A stretch of DNA of 32,000 nucleotides, from NCBI RefSeq assembly GCF_030253515.1, contig NZ_CP124549.1:600001-632000 (forward strand), written 5' to 3'. The notes under the pieces are model-generated. The model made no database searches. It was given only the letters and a program-made list of their open reading frames with translations, and was not told the origin of the DNA. The DNA comes from Candidatus Nanosynbacter lyticus (GTDB taxonomy: Bacteria > Patescibacteriota > Saccharimonadia > Saccharimonadales > Saccharimonadaceae). A program made the position numbers and the translations under genes. Positions 17,561 through 25,111 of this stretch are shown here, piece after piece (position 1 is the stretch's first letter; each line of letters starts with the position of its first letter).

Positions 17561-18277
17561 TATATAACCCTCCTGCTATGAGCATCAGAGCTCACTGATT
17601 GTACATGTCCAGCGCTTGCAATTTGACCATCACGAACAATGATCTCACGGTCTGCATACGCAGCAATCGTCGGTTCATGGGTCACCATGATAACCGTTGT
17701 TCCATGCTCTTTAGCGGTTGCAATAAATAACTCCATAATCTTCTCCGAGTTAAGGCTATCCAACGATCCGGTTGGCTCGTCGGCAAACAGTACGGTTGGA
17801 TTGGTCACCATAGCACGAGCAATCGCTACACGTTGCATCTGACCACCCGATAATTCACCAAGCATGCTGCCAGCCTTGTCGCTGAGTCCGACCGCTTTGA
17901 GCCAGTGCTCCAGCTTGCTTGTAAGCCTCCTGTCGCTTAGCACCATTGAGCAGCAGAGGCAGGGCTACATTATCGAGACTGGTCAATTCTGGCACGAGCT
18001 GTCCAAACTGAAAAACGAAACCAAAGCGAGTCCGCCGCAAGATACTACGTTTATCATCATTCATTGCATCAATACGGTGACCATCAAAATGAATCTCGCC
18101 ACTATCAACACCGATAACCGCTGCTAGACTGTGCAATAATGTTGATTTGCCCGAGCCACTTGGCCCCATAATTGCTAGCACCTCGCCGGCCATAACATCA
18201 AGCGATACACCACGCAGCGCTTGCGCCTGTCCAAATGATTTCTTGATATTCCTCGCACTAATAATTGGCTTGCCCAT
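17560..18277 (-). pseudogene. ABC transporter ATP-binding protein (MacB/LolD-like) with one frameshift
   Basis: Walker A GPSGSGKST lies in ORF 17855-18277. Signature LSGGQMQR and Walker B VLFADEPTGSLD lie in ORF 17560-17946. The frames switch around 17903-17920, between ...AYKQAG and EHWLKAVGL. Confidence 0.8.
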
Positions 18278-18800
18278 GTAATAATTCCTCCTTTAACTTT
18301 GTTAAGCGTGAGATAGTTAGTTCAATCCATCGTAAATCTGCCTCCAAATGAAACAACGCATGATCAATCAGTAGCATATTTGACAAGTCGCTATCACGCC
18401 GCTGAGTGGTTAACTCACGCATGCGTTGGATATGTGCGGTGCGCTGATTATCAAGGTATGGTGCGGCGTCTCCCTCCTTGAGAATGGCGAGTACCGACTT
18501 AATATACATCGTTGCCTGTAGTTGGGGTGATGGCGCTTCGGGAGTCTCCAACCATTCTTGTAGCTCATAATGTCCTTTTTTAGTGATAGCATAACGAACT
18601 CTATCTGGACCACCTGAGGTGCCAGTATCGACAATTTCTTTAACCTTGCCATCACGTTTTAACCGCGCCAATATTGAATATACCTACCCGGCTAGAATTG
18701 GCTTATCTTTACCAAAGTAGTCATCGTACTCCTTCTTTAACTCATATCCATAGTTTGATCCTTACGCTAAAAACCCAAGAAGTGTGTACTGTGCATTCAT
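18258..18800 (-). pseudogene. PadR-family transcriptional regulator with two in-frame stop codons
   Basis: A 181-codon frame from ATG18800 reads MNAQYTLLGFLA*GSNYGYELKKEYDDYFGKDKPILAG*VYSILARLKRDGKV... TAA at 18762-18764 and TAG at 18684-18686 fall inside the wHTH. Only the C-terminal 137 codons remain as an ORF. Confidence 0.8.
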
Positions 18801-18806
18801 ACTCTT

Positions 18807-18812
18807 ACTATA
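18807..18812 (-). promoter_or_regulatory. -10 box TATAGT of the padR remnant, leaderless geometry
   Basis: Minus strand reads TATAGT-AAGAGT-ATG18800. Confidence 0.45.
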
Positions 18813-18849
18813 CACCACGTGACTAGCTATCGCAAGAGTTATTATAAAC

Positions 18850-19794
18850 TTAGTGTATAGTTGTCTTATAGCGCTGAACAGCCGGATTATATGCCTGCCA
18901 TGCCGGCATCAAAACCCCTAACCGCCTGCCGTCAGCCAATACTTCATCATACCCAGCTAGCCATTCGTTAAATCCGTGCTTCATATGACCCGTTACCATA
19001 TCGACTACATCGGGCTGTTGAAGTGCATGCCGCATTATTGCAGTAGCTACCCTTAGCGGCATCATTGATAGTACATTGAAAGGGAAAACTCGCCACACCG
19101 CAACACCTTGGTGACGACATAGAGATATACCGTCACGAAGTGCCATAATTAGCTGACGAATCGCCCCTGGATCATGCGTTAATGCCGAAAAACTGCCACT
19201 ACTAGCTATGGCGCCAGCAGTTGCTGATTGCTGGAGATAATGAACTTTCATCCAATCAAGCAGACGAGCATCATAGCTGCTCGCTACCCCAGCTTCTTTT
19301 AAGTGCTGCATGAATAACTTTGCTCCCGCCCTTGCACCACCAACCCGCGTCGGTGTTGGAAATATAATAACCTTCACGCCATTATTATCTCGCCCACCGC
19401 CAATACTGGAAGGGAAGGCAATAAAATAATCATCAGGCGATATATATTGATCAACCTCACTGGCCAGATTCCAATTATTTTGCATAAATCCAATCCACCT
19501 AGCCTTCGGCTGATACTTTGCTAGTATCGGCAGTACCGATTGAAGTTGACAGCGATTAACCGTTACTAATATAACGTCGTAATAACCTACTGGCGATGTG
19601 ACACACTGTGGGTAAAATACCGTCGACTGATACGTATTGTCACGCTGACGCAAATCCTTTATAGCAAGTGGCACGCCTTGCGACACCTCTTCATACCGCT
19701 CAGGCAATACGAGCACATCCACATCATGGTGTACCGCTAATAAATGTGCATACGTCAGACCGATTGTTCCCGCACCATAAATTAAGTACCGCAT
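18850..19794 (-). CDS. ketopantoate reductase (ApbA/PanE)-family NAD(P)-dependent oxidoreductase
   Basis: 314 aa. N-terminal Rossmann YGAGTIG, with overall length and layout like 2-dehydropantoate 2-reductase-family proteins. The ATG follows the sbcB stop by 1 nt, and GAGGA sits 5 nt upstream. Confidence 0.55.
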   Translation of the reverse strand: MRYLIYGAGTIGLTYAHLLAVHHDVDVLVLPERYEEVSQGVPLAIKDLRQRDNTYQSTVFYPQCVTSPVGYYDVILVTVNRCQLQSVLPILAKYQPKARWIGFMQNNWNLASEVDQYISPDDYFIAFPSSIGGGRDNNGVKVIIFPTPTRVGGARAGAKLFMQHLKEAGVASSYDARLLDWMKVHYLQQSATAGAIASSGSFSALTHDPGAIRQLIMALRDGISLCRHQGVAVWRVFPFNVLSMMPLRVATAIMRHALQQPDVVDMVTGHMKHGFNEWLAGYDEVLADGRRLGVLMPAWQAYNPAVQRYKTTIH

Positions 19795-19795
19795 C

Positions 19796-21211
19796 TTAGT
19801 CCTCAGTGGGCAGTATCGCCTCCGCCCATAGCTGTAATTCCTGCAAGATAAACTGCTGCTCGTCAGTCGCTGTCGGCGCCAACCGCTGTAGAGACGCCAT
19901 AAACTGCGGTAGCTGCGCCTGCAGATGCTGAGCCCGCCATGCTTCCCATTGCACTAAATCATCTTCGCTGAGCGAGCGCGGAAAGTTGCGCGCTTTGTAG
20001 TGCAGCAGTAGTGACGCCAGCCGCTCGTCCTGGAATTCTGGATGAAAATCAGCTAGTTCACGCTCATCAGCATTGCGCACCGCTTCGACACGGATACGAT
20101 CGCGGTCATGCAAAAAGCCATCGTACAGTTGTGCTTCTGGATCGGGCATCTTTTTGAAGGCTGGTTTATTTTCAAAAATACTGCGCAATTTTTCGGCAAA
20201 ATCTGGGTGATTCAGCAAAATATTTTGATGCTGTTGGACAATTTCTGTGCTAAGCGAAATTTTCTGCCAGCCATCGCCCTGCTCCAGCACACCCAGCGGT
20301 GCCACCGCCGGACAGCGATTGTACTGCAACTCTTTGACTGGCAATTTGACGAAATCCTCAGCCTGCCGCTCCTCCCACGACGCAAAGATTTTCTTTGTTA
20401 ATTCCTCCGCACTCAGCCCAACAAACGGTATCGGATCATACCGCAAGTCATAGACGACCACACCGCCGTTTCGACTGGTCGTCAGTGGAAAGGCCACCGT
20501 GGTTTTGGCGAACTCTTTGTCGTAACGCCCGCTAGCGTAAACAAACGGTTTTTTGTCATCCACGTTGACCAGCTGTTGGACTGCTTTTTTGTCACGCATT
20601 TTTAGCAAGTAATCATACAGCTGTGGCTGCTTTTGCTTAATCAATTTCGTCACGGCAATCAGCGCTGTCACGTCCGCTAGAGCGTCGTGAGCATTCTCAT
20701 GCGCAATACCGTTGGCGCTAGTGATCAATTCCAGGCGGTTGCTTGGCTCACCCTTGTCATCAAGCGGCCACTCGATTCCCTCCGGCCTCAGTGCCCTAGT
20801 CAGCCGAACTACATCCAGCAAATCCCAACGCGAGCGACCGTCTTTCCAGCTCCACTCGTACGGATCATGAAAATTACGCCACAACAAATGACGAATAAAT
20901 TCGTCGTCAAACCGAATATTATTGAAGCCAACCGCGATGGTGTCCGGCGTAAAAATCTCCTCGCTCAACATCCGGGCAAACTGCGCCTCGGTGTAACCTT
21001 CTTCAACCGTTTTTTGCGGTGTGATGCCAGTCACCATTAGTGCATCAGGACTCGGCAACGTGTCATCATTCAGCGTCACCAGCAGGTTATACGGCTCACC
21101 AATCGGCTCGAGATTCATATCTGTTCGCTGCCCAGCAAACTGCATGATGCGGTCTTGCCGCGGATTTAATCCACTCGTCTCGAGGTCATAGAAGAAAAAT
21201 GTTTGTGCCAT
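19796..21211 (-). CDS. sbcB: exodeoxyribonuclease I
   Basis: 471 aa, collinear with E. coli ExoI. DEDDh motifs FYDLETSG, FNNIRFDDEF and HDALADV, plus the ExoI-specific C-terminal domains (YDGF...D, YKARNFP). Confidence 0.9.
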   Translation of the reverse strand: MAQTFFFYDLETSGLNPRQDRIMQFAGQRTDMNLEPIGEPYNLLVTLNDDTLPSPDALMVTGITPQKTVEEGYTEAQFARMLSEEIFTPDTIAVGFNNIRFDDEFIRHLLWRNFHDPYEWSWKDGRSRWDLLDVVRLTRALRPEGIEWPLDDKGEPSNRLELITSANGIAHENAHDALADVTALIAVTKLIKQKQPQLYDYLLKMRDKKAVQQLVNVDDKKPFVYASGRYDKEFAKTTVAFPLTTSRNGGVVVYDLRYDPIPFVGLSAEELTKKIFASWEERQAEDFVKLPVKELQYNRCPAVAPLGVLEQGDGWQKISLSTEIVQQHQNILLNHPDFAEKLRSIFENKPAFKKMPDPEAQLYDGFLHDRDRIRVEAVRNADERELADFHPEFQDERLASLLLHYKARNFPRSLSEDDLVQWEAWRAQHLQAQLPQFMASLQRLAPTATDEQQFILQELQLWAEAILPTED

Positions 21212-21217
21212 GATTAT

Positions 21218-21226
21218 AGTATAGCA
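21218..21226 (-). promoter_or_regulatory. extended -10 promoter (TGCTATACT) of sbcB, leaderless geometry
   Basis: Minus strand reads TGCTATACT-ATAATC-ATG21211, packed into the 18-nt obg-sbcB gap. Confidence 0.5.
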
Positions 21227-21229
21227 AAC

Positions 21230-22549
21230 CTATTGCTCAACCAGCGTAAACGGCATCGATTCGCCAATCTGTACCACAGTCTCGCCGACTGCACCCTGAC
21301 GAATTAACTCGTGAGTGATGCCCATTTTTCGCATGATGTCACGCAGGCGATTGACCGATTCAAATTGATCAAAGTTAGTGCGGCGAGCAAACTTTTCAAT
21401 TTTAGCGCCGCGGATGATGAAACTAATCATCTCTTCATGGTCTACATTTTCAGGCTCCGCACCAACCACCTGCTCTACCGTCCAAGCATCAGATGCTGCT
21501 TGCGCATCCAGGGTAATTACCGGCAGATCATCACCTTCTTCTTCAGTCAACTCAGCTTCCCGTGCTCGATATTTCGTAACTTCCCGACGCAGTAGGCGTA
21601 GCAGCTCCGTCACGCCAGCATGTGTCTGCGACGAAATCGCCAGCACTGGCGAACCATTGGCTACATTTTGTAGTGCCGTTGATTGCATGGCAATAATCTC
21701 ATCGTCCAGCCCTTCACACTTCGTCAGGGCAATAATCTCTGGACGCGTTGCCAATTCTTCAGAATATTTTTCCAGCTCACGGCGAATAGTCTGGTATTTT
21801 TCCGCCGGGTCGTCACTATACGCATCAATCATGTGAAGCAACACGGCTGTCCGCTCAACGTGGCGCAGGAACTGATCGCCCAAACCCTTACCTTCCGAAG
21901 CGCCTTCAATCAACCCCGGGATGTCAGCAATCAACACTGAACCATCATCAACATCCGCTACGCCCAAATTTGGCGTCAAGGTCGTAAATTCATAATTGGC
22001 AATTTCCGGCCGAGCATTAGAAACCACGCTCAAGAATGTCGATTTACCAGCATTAGGGAAACCAACCAAGCCAACGTCGGCCAATAATTTCAATTCCAGC
22101 TCAGCCTCAAATTCTTCACCCGCCTCGCCAAGCTCAGCCATCTTTGGTGCTTGGCGCGTACTGGACGTAAAGTGCGCGTTACCAAAGCCGCCATCACCGC
22201 CCCGGGCAACAACTGCTTGTTGCTGGTCTGCCGTCAAATCTGCAACTACCTTGCCGTCGCGCTTGACCAATGTACCCATTGGTACTTTGATAACCAGCGG
22301 CGAGCCACTTTTGCCACGCTTATTACGCTTACTGCCGTCACCGCCATTCTCTGCTTTTAGTTCTGGCCTGTGGCGAAAATTCAGCAGTGTATTAAGGTCT
22401 TTGGTCGCCAAAAACACCACATCACCACCACGTCCACCATCACCGCCATCAGGACCGCCTTTGTCAACATACTTCTCATGCCGAAAACTGACTGCGCCGT
22501 TACCACCCTTGCCAGCTCGCACTAATACTTTCGCTGTATCTACAAACAT
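21230..22549 (-). CDS. obg: GTPase Obg/CgtA with C-terminal OCT-type domain
   Basis: 439 aa. Gly-rich Obg fold, G1 GFPNAGKS, G3 DIPGLIEGA. The G4 position reads TKCE instead of NKxD. Confidence 0.95.
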   Translation of the reverse strand: MFVDTAKVLVRAGKGGNGAVSFRHEKYVDKGGPDGGDGGRGGDVVFLATKDLNTLLNFRHRPELKAENGGDGSKRNKRGKSGSPLVIKVPMGTLVKRDGKVVADLTADQQQAVVARGGDGGFGNAHFTSSTRQAPKMAELGEAGEEFEAELELKLLADVGLVGFPNAGKSTFLSVVSNARPEIANYEFTTLTPNLGVADVDDGSVLIADIPGLIEGASEGKGLGDQFLRHVERTAVLLHMIDAYSDDPAEKYQTIRRELEKYSEELATRPEIIALTKCEGLDDEIIAMQSTALQNVANGSPVLAISSQTHAGVTELLRLLRREVTKYRAREAELTEEEGDDLPVITLDAQAASDAWTVEQVVGAEPENVDHEEMISFIIRGAKIEKFARRTNFDQFESVNRLRDIMRKMGITHELIRQGAVGETVVQIGESMPFTLVEQ

Positions 22550-22555
22550 AATTTT

Positions 22556-22564
22556 AGTATATCA
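22556..22564 (-). promoter_or_regulatory. extended -10 promoter (TGATATACT) of obg, leaderless geometry
   Basis: Minus strand reads TGATATACT-AAAATT-ATG22549. Its TG is fused to the U-tract of the upstream terminator. Confidence 0.55.
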
Positions 22565-22594
22565 AAAAGCACCCCCGAGAGATAGCGGAGGCGC
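22564..22594 (-). terminator. intrinsic terminator of the LysM-CHAP gene
   Basis: Minus-strand RNA GCGCCUCCG-N8-CGGGGGUGC-UUUUU forms a 9-bp stem with two G-U pairs. These become A-C mismatches on the plus strand, so the hairpin is strand-specific. Confidence 0.7.
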
Positions 22595-22613
22595 TTTATT
22601 GCCTTAGAGCATC

Positions 22614-23824
22614 CTAGTGAATAAAGTTATATCGACCAACCTCAGACATCGGGATCGTTCGATGCGTCACGACGTTATACCCAGCGTAATTCATATCGCT
22701 AACGTAGATCGTGCCACCTTCAACCCGCTCGACCATACCGACGTGACCAAGACCACCACCGCCCCATGTTGTCTGGAAGATTGCCCCTGGTGCCGGCGTA
22801 TGATTAACGACAAAACCGGCTGCCCGAGCACTTGCTGCCCACGACGTCGCGTTGCCCCAGAAGCTACCAATTGGTCGACCAAGTGCTGCCCGCCGCTCGT
22901 ACACGTACCATGTACAGTTGCCAAGAGCGTATCGGTTGCCAACTGATGCTCGAGCGTAACCATAGCTGATACCACTGACTGCGCCGCCCGTTGTCCGCCC
23001 TGCATAGCCCCGACGGCCAGAGCGGGACGCCACGTAACCTGGCTGCTCATTTTCTGGCAATACGCCACCCGGCAGAACAATTCGTGTATCTTTGGCTAGT
23101 GCCGCCCCATTTGCCAAGTCGTTATACAATGCCACTCGTTCAGGATTTGCTTTATACTTTTCTGCCAATTTTTCGACGGTGTCGCCGTCCTTAACAGTGT
23201 AGACCACGCCGTCAACCATCGGGATAATCAATGTTTTGCCAGCTTCAACCGCATCAGATGTCGTATTGTTCGCCCAGCGCACCGTCTGGGCCGTCACATT
23301 AAACTTCTTAGCAATCGAGTCAATTGTATCGCCCTGCTTAGTGACATAAGTCTTGATGCCGCGCTGAGCTGATTTCTCAGGCTGGATAATCTGTGGCTTA
23401 GAAATAACCTCCGTATCACCCTGAGCCAACTCTTTTTTGATTGACAGCGTTGCCGTCGCTTCACGTAAATCACCGGCAGTTGGCAGATTGACCGTCTCAG
23501 CCAGATCGGCTACCGCATTAGCAGCCGCCAGTTGATCTACTGAAACCTTATTTGTCTCATGTGTCACACCAGTAGACGGTGCGACTGGCTGAGAGGCCGA
23601 GACTGAGCCCTGCTGACTAGCGACGCCACCTGTCTGATAACTTAGTGCCAGAAATGAAATAACTAATAGAAAGATTCCGCCATACGCCGATATTGCGCTT
23701 AGCTTGAGTTTTTTGCCCTGATGGGCAGATGCTTGGTTACGAATAACGCTTCTCCCGTGTCAATGTTTCCATCAACGCTGACTACCGTACTGAGTCTTTC
23801 TTCTCGCACAAGAACAGGATGCAT
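22614..23824 (-). CDS. membrane-anchored LysM (x2) + CHAP peptidoglycan hydrolase; needs a -1 shift at 23708-23714 to be read from ATG23824
   Basis: Two LysM repeats (YVTKQGDTIDSIAKKFNV, YTVKDGDTVEKLAEKYKA). CHAP Cys/His motifs (GNCTWYVYERR, GHVGMVERV). The frame is open 22614-23759 and encodes a TM anchor (SAISAYGGIFLLVISFLAL) with no ATG/GTG/TTG before GTG23567. A 41-codon ATG ORF (23699-23824) overlaps it in another frame. Confidence 0.7.
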
Positions 23825-23937
23825 TGTCGACCTAATAATTAGTTGATATTGCTAAACGATTAGTTTTCCGCATCCGTGCGACCGTTCTGGTAGGCCCGCG
23901 CGCTTACGAGGCGTGTGCCCTGTATGAACGCAAGCTT
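23825..23937 (-). promoter_or_regulatory. 5' leader of the LysM-CHAP gene, about 110 nt with a GC-rich core (candidate cis-regulatory RNA)
   Basis: Lies between a consensus promoter and ATG23824. The core reads CAGGGCACACGCCUCGUAAGCGCGCGGGCCUACCAGAACGGUCGCACGGAUGCGG. A CUAAU repeat is complementary to the AUUAGG just upstream of the ATG. Confidence 0.4.
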
Positions 23938-23943
23938 ATTTCC

Positions 23944-23973
23944 ATTATACGCGATCCTCTCATAATTTGTCAA
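23944..23973 (-). promoter_or_regulatory. consensus sigma70 promoter TTGACA-18-TATAAT
   Basis: On the minus strand, TTGACA is at 23973-23968 (overlapping the TGA stop of the upstream gene) and TATAAT is at 23949-23944. Confidence 0.65.
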
Positions 23974-24767
23974 TGCTTTACCCTGTAATACACCTCACCC
24001 TTTAGCATATACACCAGCCCAACAACAAAGCTCAAAATGACTGCATATGGCACCACCGCAGACATCGCCATCAGCATCACAAAGAGAATGGTTGCGGGAG
24101 TAATATACAAAAGTGTTATGACAAACATGAACGCACATATGAGTGCGAACGGCACTCGCACCATCAAGGTCACGCCAATCTTGCGATAACGCAGGCCCCG
24201 CTCCTGCTTAATTTTCTCCGCCTCAGATAGCTGGTCGGCTGGACGTGGCTGCCAATATGATACCCCCTCAGGTGTTATGATAATCTTCCATAGCCACAGT
24301 GAACCAATAGTCGTACACGCCACCATAAACAAGATAGCCGGGAGCGAGTTATTAAAGGCCAGTGTAGCACTAAATATCGCACGGGTAGCTTCTCGAAGCG
24401 CTGAGCTAAATGGGCCAACCTGAAAGACATAAAATTGTGCTAACACAATAAATTGCACCACCGGATACACCACAGTCATAGCGAGCGCAGCGATTCGTTG
24501 TCGGTACTGGTCAGTTCGACGGGACTGCTTCAAGACAATGAGACCTTGAACGAGGAGTGATGCGATAGCTACGCCAATGACAGTCAGTACTAACGGCATA
24601 TCCTGAAGGTTTCGAAAGAATAGCGGCAGCTGACCTATGAACACCCCTGCTGAACAAACAAGTATTGCCGCCTCGATAATAATGACCGCCTCACATCGAA
24701 TGTTACGCTCTGGTGAAGATGCAGCTTGTTTCTTGGGTTCATTCTTTATGGCCGTCGTCTTTGTCAT
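23970..24767 (-). CDS. hypothetical polytopic membrane protein
   Basis: 265 aa with about 6 TM helices. AAAGGGGA lies about 12 nt before ATG24767. No family recognised. Confidence 0.5.
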   Translation of the reverse strand: MTKTTAIKNEPKKQAASSPERNIRCEAVIIIEAAILVCSAGVFIGQLPLFFRNLQDMPLVLTVIGVAIASLLVQGLIVLKQSRRTDQYRQRIAALAMTVVYPVVQFIVLAQFYVFQVGPFSSALREATRAIFSATLAFNNSLPAILFMVACTTIGSLWLWKIIITPEGVSYWQPRPADQLSEAEKIKQERGLRYRKIGVTLMVRVPFALICAFMFVITLLYITPATILFVMLMAMSAVVPYAVILSFVVGLVYMLKGEVYYRVKH

Positions 24768-24808
24768 TCGAGGATTTTCCCCTTTCTTTTTGAAGTATCC
24801 TACTGTCT

Positions 24809-24817
24809 ATTATACCA
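24809..24817 (-). promoter_or_regulatory. extended -10 promoter (TGGTATAAT) of the 23970-24767 gene
   Basis: The box lies about 41 nt upstream of ATG24767, so this gene has a leader with an SD. Confidence 0.5.
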
Positions 24818-24841
24818 GAGTATTTTTACGTTTTGACGTCA

Positions 24842-24876
24842 ACAAAAATAGCTCGCTATCAAAACTGAGCGAGCTA
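24842..24876 (-). terminator. intrinsic terminator after tRNA-Glu
   Basis: 9-bp stem TAGCTCGCT/AGCGAGCTA (24849-24857 / 24868-24876) with a 10-nt loop, followed on the minus strand by TTTTTGTTG. Confidence 0.7.
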
Positions 24877-24913
24877 CTGCAAATTCAAACGGGATAACTA
24901 TCCTTATAAGTAT

Positions 24914-24988
24914 TGGTGACCTCACGGAGAATCGAACTCCGATTGCCAGGATGAAAACCTGGTGTCCTAACCGTTAGACGATGAGGCC
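24914..24988 (-). tRNA. tRNA-Glu (anticodon UUC), CCA encoded
   Basis: GGCCTCATCGTCTAACGGTTAGGACACCAGGTTTTCATCCTGGCAATCGGAGTTCGATTCTCCGTGAGGTCACCA folds as a cloverleaf with a 7-bp acceptor stem (one G-U), anticodon loop TTTTCAT and a GTTCGATTC T-loop. Confidence 0.93.
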
Positions 24989-25002
24989 ATTAAACAGATC
25001 GT

Positions 25003-25011
25003 ATTGTAGCA
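25003..25011 (-). promoter_or_regulatory. extended -10 promoter (TGCTACAAT) of tRNA-Glu
   Basis: The box ends 14 nt upstream of the mature tRNA 5' end. Confidence 0.5.
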
Positions 25012-25051
25012 GATTGATAATATTATGTCTAGCTATCCAGTCATGCGAAAA

Positions 25052-25080
25052 TTGACTTTTTCATCATTTTGGTGTATTCT
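25052..25080 (+). promoter_or_regulatory. sigma70-type promoter TTGACT-17-TATTCT of the LPXTG protein gene
   Basis: TTGACT at 25052-25057, a 17-nt spacer, then TATTCT at 25075-25080. AAGGAGG lies 5 nt before ATG25112. Confidence 0.55.
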
Positions 25081-25111
25081 ACGTAGAGTTACGAGGATAA
25101 AGGAGGAAGTT

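Noticed and set aside
18684-18764. In-frame TAA/TAG in padR as stop-codon reassignment or pyrrolysine-type recoding
   Set aside because: TAA, TAG and TGA all terminate well-conserved neighbouring genes at the expected positions. No other gene needs read-through, and the rest of the operon is also broken.
21378-22607. Long plus-strand ORFs (152 aa and 203 aa) antisense to obg
   Set aside because: They have a low-complexity S/P/A-rich composition, typical of the antisense frame of a Gly-rich gene. They are fully contained in a clearly conserved obg and have no start-site signals.
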